A DNA stretch of 64,000 nt from assembly GCA_040954595.2 (NCBI GenBank), contig CM082586.2, positions 11,749,337 through 11,813,336 on the forward strand, written 5' to 3'. This document shows positions 21,967 to 35,800 of the stretch, piece by piece. This DNA is from Balanoglossus misakiensis. Lineage: Eukaryota > Animalia > Hemichordata. The notes beneath the pieces are model-generated. The model saw only the letters and a list, made by a program, of their open reading frames with translations. It was not told where the DNA came from and searched no databases. How positions within the stretch are numbered: position 1 is the first letter of the stretch; each line of letters starts with the position of its first letter. The position numbers and the translations under genes are program-made.

Positions 21967-23812
21967 TCTGTAATGGAAATGCAGAAAGTACCTTATATTT
22001 TCTGTAAAATAGACATTTAATTGGCAAGCCGTCCTGCATCAATTATTAATTGTGTACATGCACTAAAGCGCCCTCACTGCTGGGTGTGTTGTATGGTCTT
22101 TAACCCTGTTTCAAATTAGAGTACTTTCTGCAATTTCAAGACAGATATTACGTGCCATTGGAGAGCTCCATTGACTGGTCATTCATACTGTTTTCATTCA
22201 TTCATTGCGGCATCAATATATTTTATCTATTCTAGCCAAAGAGCTTGGCACCTGTTGAAATGAACTCATCTGCTGTGGGCCAGTTTATTGGTGGCAGTTG
22301 AGCTGAGGAGAGCACCTTCCTTCCCGGCACGCCACCAAGTAAAGTTCCACGCCGCCCACCACAGATGCCAGCAGTCATTCATGCGAGTGAGTGTAATTGC
22401 AAATTTGCCTATTCTAGAATTCTGTAATGGAAATGGAGAAAGTACCTTATATTTTCTGTAAAATAGACATTTAATTGGCAAGCCGTCCTGCATCAATTAT
22501 TAATTGTGTACATGCACTAAAGCGCCCTCACTGCTGGGTGTGTTGTATGGTCTTTAACCCTGTTTCAAATTAGAGTACTTTCTGCAATTTCAAGACAGAT
22601 CTTACGTGCCATTGGAGAGCTCCATTGACTGGTCATTCATACTGTTTTCATTCATTCATTGCGGCATCAATATATTTTATCTATTCTAGCCAAAGAGCTT
22701 GGCACCTGTTGAAATGAACTCATCTGCTGTGGGCCAGTTTATTGGTGGCAGTTGAGCTGAGGAGAGCACCTTCCTTCCCGGCACGCCACCAAGTAAAGTT
22801 CCACACCGCCCACCACAGATGCCAGCATTCATTCATGCGAGTGAGTGTAATTGCAAATTTGCCTATTCTAGAATTCTAGAATAGGCAAATTTGCAATTAC
22901 ACTCACTCTAGAATAGGCAAATTTGCAATTACACTCACTCGCATGAATGAATGCTGGCATCTGTGGTGGGCGGCGTGGAACTTTACTTGGTGGCGTGCCG
23001 GGAAGGAAGGTGCTCTCCTCAGCTCAACTGCCACCAATAAACTGGCCCACAGCAGATGAGTTCATTTCAACAGGTGCCAAGCTCTTTGGCTAGAATAGAT
23101 AAAATATATTGATGCCGCAATGAATGAATGAAAACAGTATGAATGACCAGTCAATGGAGCTCTCCAATGGCACGTAAGATCTGTCTTGAAATTGCAGAAA
23201 GTACTCTAATTTGAAACAGGGTTAAAGACCATACAACACACCCAGCAGTGAGGGCGCTTTAGTGCATGTACACAATTAATAATTGATGCAGGACGGCTTG
23301 CCAATTAAATGTCTATTTTACAGAAAATATAAGGTACTTTCTCCATTTCCATTACAGAATTCTAGAATAGGCAAATTTGCAATTACACTCACTCGCATGA
23401 ATGACTGCTGGCATCTGTGGTGGGCGGCGTGGAACTTTACTTGGTGGCGTGCCGGGAAGGAAGGTGCTCTCCTCAGCTCAACTGCCACCAATAAACTGGC
23501 CCACAGCAGATGAGTTCATTTCAACAGGTGCCAAGCTCTTTGGCTAGAATAGATAAAATATATTGATGCCGCAATGAATGAATGAAAACAGTATGAATGA
23601 CCAGTCAATGGAGCTCTCCAATGGCACGTAAGATCTGTCTTGAAATTGCAGAAAGTACTCTAATTTGAAACAGGGTTAAAGACCATACAACACACCCAGC
23701 AGTGAGGGCGCTTTAGTGCATGTACACAATTAATAATTGATGCAGGACGGCTTGCCAATTAAATGTCTATTTTACAGAAAATATAAGGTACTTTCTCCAT
23801 TTCCATTACAGA
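21967..23812. repeat. ~905-bp-arm inverted repeat (B'A'B'A' / ABAB) with a 34-bp spacer
   Basis: 21967-22872 is the reverse complement of 22907-23812, including the rare GAATGACTG variant and the AT junction; identical ORFs 22266-22496(-) and 23283-23513(+). Confidence 0.95.
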
Positions 23813-26800
23813 TCTAGAATAGGCAAATTTGCAATTACACTCACTCGCATGAATGAATGCTGGCATCTGTGGTGGGCGGCGTGGAACTTTACTTGGTGGC
23901 GTGCCGGGAAGGAAGGTGCTCTCCTCAGCTCAACTGCCGCCAATAAACTGGCCCACAGCAGATGAGTTCATTTCAACAGGTGCCAAGCTCTTTGGCTAGA
24001 ATAGATAAAATATATTGATGCCGCAATGAATGAATGAAAACAGTATGAATGACCAGTCAATGGAGCTCTCCAATGGCACGTAAGATTCTAGAATAGGCAA
24101 ATTTGCAATTACACTCACTCGCATGAATGAATGCTGGCATCTGTGGTGGGCGGCGTGGAACTTTACTTGGTGGCGTGCCGGGAAGGAAGGTGCTCTCCTC
24201 AGCTCAACTGCCACCAATAAACTGGCCCACAGCAGATGAGTTCATTTCAACAGGTGCCAAGCTCTTTGGCTAGAATAGATAAAATATATTGATGCCGCAA
24301 TGAATGAATGAAAACAGTATGAATGACCAGTCAATGGAGCTCTCCAATGGCACGTAAGATCTGTCTTGAAATTGCAGAAAGTACTCTAATTTGAAACAGG
24401 GTTAAAGACCATACAACACACCCAGCAGTGAGGGCGCTTTAGTGCATGTACACAATTAATAATTGATGCAGGACGGCTTGCCAATTAAATGTCTATTTTA
24501 CAGAAAATATAAGGTACTTTCTCCATTTCCATTACAGATCTAGAATAGGCAAATTTGCAATTACACTCACTCGCATGAATGAATGCTGGCATCTGTGGTG
24601 GGCGGCGTGGAACTTTACTTGGTGGCGTGCCGGGAAGGAAGGTGCTCTCCTCAGCTCAACTGCCACCAATAAACTGGCCCACAGCAGATGAGTTCATTTC
24701 AACAGGTGCCAAGCTCTTTGGCTAGAATAGATAAAATATATTGATGCCGCAATGAATGAATGAAAACAGTATGAATGACCAGTCAATGGAGCTCTCCAAT
24801 GGCACGTAAGATCTGTCTTGAAATTGCAGAAAGTACTCTAATTTGAAACAGGGTTAAAGACCATACAACACACCCAGCAGTGAGGGCGCTTTAGTGCATG
24901 TACACAATTAATAATTGATGCAGGACGGCTTGCCAATTAAATGTCTATTTTACAGAAAATATAAGGTACTTTCTCCATTTCCATTACAGATCTAGAATAG
25001 GCAAATTTGCAATTACACTCACTCGCATGAATGAATGCTGGCATCTGTGGTGGGCGGCGTGGAACTTTACTTGGTGGCGTGCCGGGAAGGAAGGTGCTCT
25101 CCTCAGCTCAACTGCCACCAATAAACTGGCCCACAGCAGATGAGTTCATTTCAACAGGTGCCAAGCTCTTTGGCTAGAATAGATAAAATATATTGATGCC
25201 GCAATGAATGAATGAAAACAGTATGAATGACCAGTCAAAGGAGCTCTCCAATGGCACGTAAGAATTTCTAGAATAGGCAAATTTGCAATTACACTCACTC
25301 GCATGAATGAATGCTGGCATCTGTGGTGGGCGGCGTGGAACTTTACTTGGTGGCGTGCCGGGAAGGAAGGTGCTCTCCTCAGCTCAACTGCCACCAATAA
25401 ACTGGCCCACAGCAGATGAGTTCATTTCAACAGGTGCCAAGCTCTTTGGCTAGAATAGATAAAATATATTGATGCCGCAATGAATGAATGAAAACAGTAT
25501 GAATGACCAGTCAATGGAGCTCTCCAATGGCGCGTAAGATTCTAGAATAGGCAAATTTGCAATTACACTCACTCGCATGAATGAATGCTGGCATCTGTGG
25601 TGGGCAGCGTGGAACTTTACTTGGTGGCGTGCCGGGAAGGAAGGTGCTCTCCTCAGCTCAACTGCCACCAATAAACTGGCCCACAGCAGATGAGTTCATT
25701 TCAACAGGTGCCAAGCTCTTTGGCTAGAATAGATAAAATATATTGATGCCGCAATGAATGAATGAAAACAGTATGAATGACCAGTCAATGGAGCTCTCCA
25801 ATGGCACGTAAGAATTCTAGAATAGGCAAATTTGCAATTACACTCACTCGCATGAATGAATGCTGGCATCTGTGGTGGGCGGCGTGGAACTTTACTTGGT
25901 GGCGTGCCGGGAAGGAAGGTGCTCTCCTCAGCTCAACTGCCACCAATAAACTGGCCCACAGCAGATGAGTTCATTTCAACAGGTGCCAAGCTCTTTGGCT
26001 AGAATAGATAAAATATATTGATGCCGCAATGAATGAATGAAAACAGTATGAATGACCAGTCAATGGAGCTCTCCAATGGCACGTAAGATTCTAGAATAGG
26101 CAAATTTGCAATTACACTCACTCGCATGAATGAATGCTGGCATCTGTGGTGGGCGGCGTGGAACTTTACTTGGTGGCGTGCCGGGAAGGAAGGTGCTCTC
26201 CTCAGCTCAACTGCCACCAATAAACTGGCCCACAGCAGATGAGTTCATTTCAACAGGTGCCAAGCTCTTCGGCTAGAATAGATAAAATATATTGATGCCG
26301 CAATGAATGAATGAAAACAGTATGAATGACCAGTCAATGGAGCTCTCCAATGGCACGTAAGATTCTAGAATAGGCAAATTTGCAATTACACTCACTCGCA
26401 TGAATGAATGCTGGCATCTGTGGTGGGCGGCGTGGAACTTTACTTGGTGGCGTGCCGGGAAAGAAGGTGCTCTCCTCAGCTCAACTGCCACCAATAAACT
26501 GGCCCACAGCAGATGAGTTCATTTCAACAGGTGCCAAGCTCTTTGGCTAGAATAGATAAAATATATTGATGCCGCAATGAATGAATGAAAACAGTATGAA
26601 TGACCAGTCAATGGAGCTCTCCAATGGCACGTAAGATCTGTCTTGAAATTGCAGAAAGTACTCTAATTTGAAACAGGGTTAAAGACCATACAACACACCC
26701 AGCAGTGAGGGCGCTTTAGTGCATGTACACAATTAATAATTGATGCAGGACGGCTTGCCAATTAAATGTCTATTTTACAGAAAATATAAGGTACTTTCTC

Positions 26801-29800
26801 CATTTCCATTACAGATCTAGAATAGGCAAATTTGCAATTACACTCACTCGCATGAATGAATGCTGGCATCTGTGGTGGGCGGCGTGGAACTTTACTTGGT
26901 GGCGTGCCGGGAAGGAAGGTGCTCTCCTCAGCTCAACTGCCACCAATAAACTGGCCCACAGCAGATGAGTTCATTTCAACAGGTGCCAAGCTCTTTGGCT
27001 AGAATAGATAAAATATATTGATGCCGCAATGAATGAATGAAAACAGTATGAATGACCAGTCAAAGGAGCTCTCCAATGGCACGTAAGAATTTCTAGAATA
27101 GGCAAATTTGCAATTACACTCACTCGCATGAATGAATGCTGGCATCTGTGGTGGGCGGCGTGGAACTTTACTTGGTGGCGTGCCGGGAAGGAAGGTGCTC
27201 TCCTCAGCTCAACTGCCACCAATAAACTGGCCCACAGCAGATGAGTTCATTTCAACAGGTGCCAAGCTCTTTGGCTAGAATAGATAAAATATATTGATGC
27301 CGCAATGAATGAATGAAAACAGTATGAATGACCAGTCAATGGAGCTCTCCAATGGCGCGTAAGATTCTAGAATAGGCAAATTTGCAATTACACTCACTCG
27401 CATGAATGAATGCTGGCATCTGTGGTGGGCAGCGTGGAACTTTACTTGGTGGCGTGCCGGGAAGGAAGGTGCTCTCCTCAGCTCAACTGCCACCAATAAA
27501 CTGGCCCACAGCAGATGAGTTCATTTCAACAGGTGCCAAGCTCTTTGGCTAGAATAGATAAAATATATTGATGCCGCAATGAATGAATGAAAACAGTATG
27601 AATGACCAGTCAATGGAGCTCTCCAATGGCACGTAAGAATTCTAGAATAGGCAAATTTGCAATTACACTCACTCGCATGAATGAATGCTGGCATCTGTGG
27701 TGGGCGGCGTGGAACTTTACTTGGTGGCGTGCCGGGAAGGAAGGTGCTCTCCTCAGCTCAACTGCCACCAATAAACTGGCCCACAGCAGATGAGTTCATT
27801 TCAACAGGTGCCAAGCTCTTCGGCTAGAATAGATAAAATATATTGATGCCGCAATGAATGAATGAAAACAGTATGAATGACCAGTCAATGGAGCTCTCCA
27901 ATGGCACGTAAGATTCTAGAATAGGCAAATTTGCAATTACACTCACTCGCATGAATGAATGCTGGCATCTGTGGTGGGCGGCGTGGAACTTTACTTGGTG
28001 GCGTGCCGGGAAAGAAGGTGCTCTCCTCAGCTCAACTGCCACCAATAAACTGGCCCACAGCAGATGAGTTCATTTCAACAGGTGCCAAGCTCTTTGGCTA
28101 GAATAGATAAAATATATTGATGCCGCAATGAATGAATGAAAACAGTATGAATGACCAGTCAATGGAGCTCTCCAATGGCACGTAAGATCTGTCTTGAAAT
28201 TGCAGAAAGTACTCTAATTTGAAACAGGGTTAAAGACCATACAACACACCCAGCAGTGAGGGCGCTTTAGTGCATGTACACAATTAATAATTGATGCAGG
28301 ACGGCTTGCCAATTAAATGTCTATTTTACAGAAAATATAAGGTACTTTCTCCATTTCCATTACAGATCTAGAATAGGCAAATTTGCAATTACACTCACTC
28401 GCATGAATGAATGCTGGCATCTGTGGTGGGCGGCGTGGAACTTTACTTGGTGGCGTGCCGGGAAGGAAGGTGCTCTCCTCAGCTCAACTGCCACCAATAA
28501 ACTGGCCCACAGCAGATGAGTTCATTTCAACAGGTGCCAAGCTCTTTGGCTAGAATAGATAAAATATATTGATGCCGCAATGAATGAATGAAAACAGTAT
28601 GAATGACCAGTCAATGGAGCTCTCCAATGGCACGTAAGAATTCTAGAATAGGCAAATTTGCAATTACACTCACTCGCATGAATGAATGCTGGCATCTGTG
28701 GTGGGCGGCGTGGAACTTTACTTGGTGGCGTGCCGGGAAGGAAGGTGCTCTCCTCAGCTCAACTGCCACCAATAAACTGGCCCACAGCAGATGAGTTCAT
28801 TTCAACAGGTGCCAAGCTCTTTGGCTAGAATAGATAAAATATATTGATGCCGCAATGAATGAATGAAAACAGTATGAATGACCAGTCAATGGAGCTCTCC
28901 AATGGCACGTAAGATTCTAGAATAGGCAAATTTGCAATTACACTCACTCGCATGAATGAATGCTGGCATCTGTGGTGGGCGGCGTGGAACTTTACTTGGT
29001 GGCGTGCCGGGAAGGAAGGTGCTCTCCTCAGCTCAACTGCCACCAATAAACTGGCCCACAGCAGATGAGTTCATTTCAACAGGTGCCAAGCTCTTCGGCT
29101 AGAATAGATAAAATATATTGATGCCGCAATGAATGAATGAAAACAGTATGAATGACCAGTCAATGGAGCTCTCCAATGGCACGTAAGATTCTAGAATAGG
29201 CAAATTTGCAATTACACTCACTCGCATGAATGAATGCTGGCATCTGTGGTGGGCGGCGTGGAACTTTACTTGGTGGCGTGCCGGGAAAGAAGGTGCTCTC
29301 CTCAGCTCAACTGCCACCAATAAACTGGCCCACAGCAGATGAGTTCATTTCAACAGGTGCCAAGCTCTTTGGCTAGAATAGATAAAATATATTGATGCCG
29401 CAATGAATGAATGAAAACAGTATGAATGACCAGTCAATGGAGCTCTCCAATGGCACGTAAGATCTGTCTTGAAATTGCAGAAAGTACTCTAATTTGAAAC
29501 AGGGTTAAAGACCATACAACACACCCAGCAGTGAGGGCGCTTTAGTGCATGTACACAATTAATAATTGATGCAGGACGGCTTGCCAATTAAATGTCTATT
29601 TTACAGAAAATATAAGGTACTTTCTCCATTTCCATTACAGATCTAGAATAGGCAAATTTGCAATTACACTCACTCGCATGAATGAATGCTGGCATCTGTG
29701 GTGGGCGGCGTGGAACTTTACTTGGTGGCGTGCCGGGAAGGAAGGTGCTCTCCTCAGCTCAACTGCCACCAATAAACTGGCCCACAGCAGATGAGTTCAT

Positions 29801-32800
29801 TTCAACAGGTGCCAAGCTCTTTGGCTAGAATAGATAAAATATATTGATGCCGCAATGAATGAATGAAAACAGTATGAATGACCAGTCAATGGAGCTCTCC
29901 AATGGCACGTAAGATTCTAGAATAGGCAAATTTGCAATTACACTCACTCGCATGAATGAATGCTGGCATCTGTGGTGGGCGGCGTGGAACTTTACTTGGT
30001 GGCGTGCCGGGAAGGAAGGTGCTCTCCTCAGCTCAACTGCCGCCAATAAACTGGCCCACAGCAGATGAGTTCATTTCAACAGGTGCCAAGCTCTTTGGCT
30101 AGAATAGATAAAATATATTGATGCCGCAATGAATGAATGAAAACAGTATGAATGACCAGTCAATGGAGCTCTCCAATGGCACGTAAGATTCTAGAATAGG
30201 CAAATTTGCAATTACACTCACTCGCATGAATGAATGCTGGCATCTGTGGTGGGCGGCGTGGAACTTTACTTGGTGGCGTGCCGGGAAGGAAGGTGCTCTC
30301 CTCAGCTCAACTGCCACCAATAAACTGGCCCACAGCAGATGAGTTCATTTCAACAGGTGCCAAGCTCTTTGGCTAGAATAGATAAAATATATTGATGCCG
30401 CAATGAATGAATGAAAACAGTATGAATGACCAGTCAATGGAGCTCTCCAATGGCACGTAAGATCTGTCTTGAAATTGCAGAAAGTACTCTAATTTGAAAC
30501 AGGGTTAAAGACCATACAACACACCCAGCAGTGAGGGCGCTTTAGTGCATGTACACAATTAATAATTGATGCAGGACGGCTTGCCAATTAAATGTCTATT
30601 TTACAGAAAATATAAGGTACTTTCTCCATTTCCATTACAGATCTAGAATAGGCAAATTTGCAATTACACTCACTCGCATGAATGAATGCTGGCATCTGTG
30701 GTGGGCGGCGTGGAACTTTACTTGGTGGCGTGCCGGGAAGGAAGGTGCTCTCCTCAGCTCAACTGCCACCAATAAACTGGCCCACAGCAGATGAGTTCAT
30801 TTCAACAGGTGCCAAGCTCTTTGGCTAGAATAGATAAAATATATTGATGCCGCAATGAATGAATGAAAACAGTATGAATGACCAGTCAATGGAGCTCTCC
30901 AATGGCACGTAAGATCTGTCTTGAAATTGCAGAAAGTACTCTAATTTGAAACAGGGTTAAAGACCATACAACACACCCAGCAGTGAGGGCGCTTTAGTGC
31001 ATGTACACAATTAATAATTGATGCAGGACGGCTTGCCAATTAAATGTCTATTTTACAGAAAATATAAGGTACTTTCTCCATTTCCATTACAGAATTCTAG
31101 AATAGGCAAATTTGCAATTACACTCACTCGCATGAATGAATGCTGGCATCTGTGGTGGGCGGCGTGGAACTTTACTTGGTGGCGTGCCGGGAAGGAAGGT
31201 GCTCTCCTCAGCTCAACTGCCACCAATAAACTGGCCCAAAGCAGATGAGTTCATTTCAACAGGTGCCAAGCTCTTTGGCTAGAATAGATAAAATATATTG
31301 ATGCCGCAATGAATGAATGAAAACAGTATGAATGACCAGTCAATGGAGCTCTCCAATGGCACGTAAGATTCTAGAATAGGCAAATTTGCAATTACACTCA
31401 CTCGCATGAATGAATGCTGGCATCTGTGGTGGGCGGCGTGGAACTTTACTTGGTGGCGTGCCGGGAAGGAAGGTGCTCTCCTCAGCTCAACTGCCACCAA
31501 TAAACTGGCCCACAGCAGATGAGTTCATTTCAACAGGTGCCAAGCTCTTCGGCTAGAATAGATAAAATATATTGATGCCGCAATGAATGAATGAAAACAG
31601 TATGAATGACCAGTCAATGGAGCTCTCCAATGGCACGTAAGATTCTAGAATAGGCAAATTTGCAATTACACTCACTCGCATGAATGAATGCTGGCATCTG
31701 TGGTGGGCGGCGTGGAACTTTCCTTGGTGGCGTGCCGGGAAAGAAGGTGCTCTCCTCAGCTCAACTGCCACCAATAAACTGGCCCACAGCAGATGAGTTC
31801 ATTTCAACAGGTGCCAAGCTCTTTGGCTAGAATAGATAAAATATATTGATGCCGCAATGAATGAATGAAAACAGTATGAATGACCAGTCAATGGAGCTCT
31901 CCAATGGCACGTAAGATCTGTCTTGAAATTGCAGAAAGTACTCTAATTTGAAACAGGGTTAAAGACCATACAACACACCCAGCAGTGAGGGCGCTTTAGT
32001 GCATGTACACAATTAATAATTGATGCAGGACGGCTTGCCAATTAAATGTCTATTTTACAGAAAATATAAGGTACTTTCTCCATTTCCATTACAGATCTAG
32101 AATAGGCAAATTTGCAATTACACTCACTCGCATGAATGAATGCTGGCATCTGTGGTGGGCGGCGTGGAACTTTACTTGGTGGCGTGCCGGGAAGGAAAGT
32201 GGTCTCCTCAGCTCAACTGCCACCAATAAACTGGCCCACAGCAGATGAGTTCATTTCAACAGGTGCCAAGCTCTTTGGCTAGAATAGATAAAATATATTG
32301 ATGCCGCAATGAATGAATGAAAACAGTATGAATGACCAGTCAATGGAGCTCTCCAATGGCACGTAAGAATTCTAGAATAGGCAAATTTGCAATTACACTC
32401 ACTCGCATGAATGAATGCTGGCATCTGTGGTGGGCGGCGTGGAACTTTACTTGGTGGCGTGCCGGGAAGGAAGGTGCTCTCCTCAGCTCAACTGCCACCA
32501 ATAAACTGGCCCACAGCAGATGAGTTCATTTCAACAGGTGCCAAGCTCTTTGGCTAGAATAGATAAAATATATTGATGCCGCAATGAATGAATGAAAACA
32601 GTATGAATGACCAGTCAATGGAGCTCTCCAATGGCACGTAAGAATTCTAGAATAGGCAAATTTGCAATTACACTCACTCGCATGAATGAATGCTGGCATC
32701 TGTGGTGGGCGGCGTGGAACTTTACTTGGTGGCGTGCCGGGAAGGAAGGTGCTCTCCTCAGCTCAACTGCCACCAATAAACTGGCCCACAGCAGATGAGT

Positions 32801-35800
32801 TCATTTCAACAGGTGCCAAGCTCTTTGGCTAGAATAGATAAAATATATTGATGCCGCAATGAATGAATGAAAACAGTATGAATGACCAGTCAATGGAGCT
32901 CTCCAATGGCACGTAAGATTCTAGAATAGGCAAATTTGCAATTACACTCACTCGCATGAATGAATGCTGGCATCTGTGGTGGGCGGCGTGGAACTTTACT
33001 TGGTGGCGTGCCGGGAAAGAAGGTGCTCTCCTCAGCTCAACTGCCACCAATAAACTGGCCCACAGCAGATGAGTTCATTTCAACAGGTGCCAAGCTCTTT
33101 GGCTAGAATAGATAAAATATATTGATGCCGCAATGAATGAATGAAAACAGTATGAATGACCAGTCAATGGAGCTCTCCAATGGCACGTAAGATCTGTCTT
33201 GAAATTGCAGAAAGTACTCTAATTTGAAACAGGGTTAAAGACCATACAACACACCCAGCAGTGAGGGCGCTTTAGTGCATGTACACAATTAATAATTGAT
33301 GCAGGACGGCTTGCCAATTAAATGTCTATTTTACAGAAAATATAAGGTACTTTTTCCATTTCCATTACAGATCTAGAATAGGCAAATTTGCAATTACACT
33401 CACTCGCATGAATGAATGCTGGCATCTGTGGTGGGCGGCGTGGAACTTTACTTGGTGGCGTGCCGGGAAGGAAGGTGCTCTCCTCAGCTCAACTGCCACC
33501 AATAAACTGGCCCACAGCAGATGAGTTCATTTCAACAGGTGCCAAGCTCTTTGGCTAGAATAGATAAAATATATTGATGCCGCAATGAATGAATGAAAAC
33601 AGTATGAATGACCAGTCAATGGAGCTCTCCAATGGCACGTAAGAATTCTAGAATAGGCAAATTTGCAATTACACTCACTCGCATGAATGAATGCTGGCAT
33701 CTGTGGTGGGCGGCGTGGAACTTTACTTGGTGGCGTGCCGGGAAGGAAGGTGCTCTCCTCAGCTCAACTGCCACCAATAAACTGGCCCACAGCAGATGAG
33801 TTCATTTCAACAGGTGCCAAGCTCTTTGGCTAGAATAGATAAAATATATTGATGCCGCAATGAATGAATGAAAACAGTATGAATGACCAGTCAATGGAGC
33901 TCTCCAATGGCACGTAAGATCTGTCTTGAAATTGCAGAAAGTACTCTAATTTGAAACAGGGTTAAAGACCATACAACACACCCAGCAGTGAGGGCGCTTT
34001 AGTGCATGTACACAATTAATAATTGATGCAGGACGGCTTGCCAATTAAATGTCTATTTTACAGAAAATATAAGGTACTTTCTCCATTTCCATTACAGATC
34101 TAGAATAGGCAAATTTGCAATTACACTCACTCGCATGAATGAATGCTGGCATCTGTGGTGGGCGGCGTGGAACTTTACTTGGTGGCGTGCCAGAAAGGAA
34201 GGTGCTCTCCTCAGCTCAACTGCCACCAATAAACTGGCCCACAGCAGATGAGTTCATTTCAACAGGTGCCAAGCTCTTTGGCTAGAATAGATAAAATATA
34301 TTGATGCCGCAATGAATGAATGAAAACAGTATGAATGACCAGTCAATGGAGCTCTCCAATGGCACGTAAGATTCTAGAATAGGCAAATTTGCAATTACAC
34401 TCACTCGCATGAATGAATGCTGGCATCTGTGGTGGGCGGCGTGGAAATTTACTTGGTGGCGTGCCGGGAAGGAAGGTGCTCTCCTCAGCTCAACTGCCAC
34501 CAATAAACTGGCCCACAGCAGATGAGTTCATTTCAACAGGTGCCAAGCTCTTTGGCTAGAATAGATAAAATATATTGATGCCGCAATGAATGAATGAAAA
34601 CAGTATGAATGACCAGTCAATGGAGCTCTCCAATGGCACGTAAGATTCTAGAATAGGCAAATTTGCAATTACACTCACTCGCATGAATGAATGCTGGCAT
34701 CTGTGGTGGGCGGCGTGGAACTTTACTTGGTGGCGTGCCGGGAAAGAAGGTGCTCTCCTCAGCTCAACTGCCACCAATAAACTGGCCCACAGCAGATGAG
34801 TTCATTTCAACAGGTGCCAAGCTCTTTGGCTAGAATAGATAAAATATATTGATGCCGCAATGAATGAATGAAAACAGTATGAATGACCAGTCAATGGAGC
34901 TCTCCAATGGCACGTAAGATTCTAGAATAGGCAAATTTGCAATTACACTCACTCGCATGAATGAATGCTGGCATCTGTGGTGGGCGGCGTGGAACTTTAC
35001 TTGGTGGCGTGCCGGGAAGGAAGGTGCTCTCCTCAGCTCAACTGCCACCAATAAACTGGCCCACAGCAGATGAGTTCATTTCAACAGGTGCCAAGCTCTT
35101 TGGCTAGAATAGATAAAATATATTGATGCCGCAATGAATGAATGAAAACAGTATGAATGACCAGTCAATGGAGCTCTCCAATGGCACGTAAGATCTGTCT
35201 TGAAATTGCAGAAAGTACTCTAATTTGAAACAGGGTTAAAGACCATACAACACACCCAGCAGTGAGGGCGCTTTAGTGCATGTACACAATTAATAATTGA
35301 TGCAGGACGGCTTGCCAATTAAATGTCTATTTTACAGAAAATATAAGGTACTTTCTCCATTTCCATTACAGATCTAGAATAGGCAAATTTGCAATTACAC
35401 TCACTCGCATGAATGAATGCTGGCATCTGTGGTGGGCGGCGTGGAACTTTACTTGGTGGCGTGCCGGGAAGGAAGGTGCTCTCCTCAGCTCAACTGCCAC
35501 CAATAAACTGGCCCACAGCAGATGAGTTCATTTCAACAGGTGCCAAGCTCTTTGGCTAGAATAGATAAAATATATTGATGCCGCAATGAATGAATGAAAA
35601 CAGTATGAATGACCAGTCAATGGAGCTCTCCAATGGCACGTAAGATCTGTCTTGAAATTGCAGAAAGTACTCTAATTTGAAACAGGGTTAAAGACCATAC
35701 AACACACCCAGCAGTGAGGGCGCTTTAGTGCATGTACACAATTAATAATTGATGCAGGACGGCTTGCCAATTAAATGTCTATTTTACAGAAAATATAAGG

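Noticed and set aside
22250-22320. Hammerhead ribozyme/retrozyme (GAAA..TC..CTGAGGA on the A' strand; CAGATGAG on the A strand)
   Set aside because: Core words are present, but stems I and II do not pair adjacent to the core, and the A-strand word lacks CUGA and a following GAAA; needs an Infernal scan to close fully
22995-23015. SRP RNA-like CCGGGAAGGAAG motif
   Set aside because: Short resemblance only; the flanking conserved SRP helix 8 bases are absent
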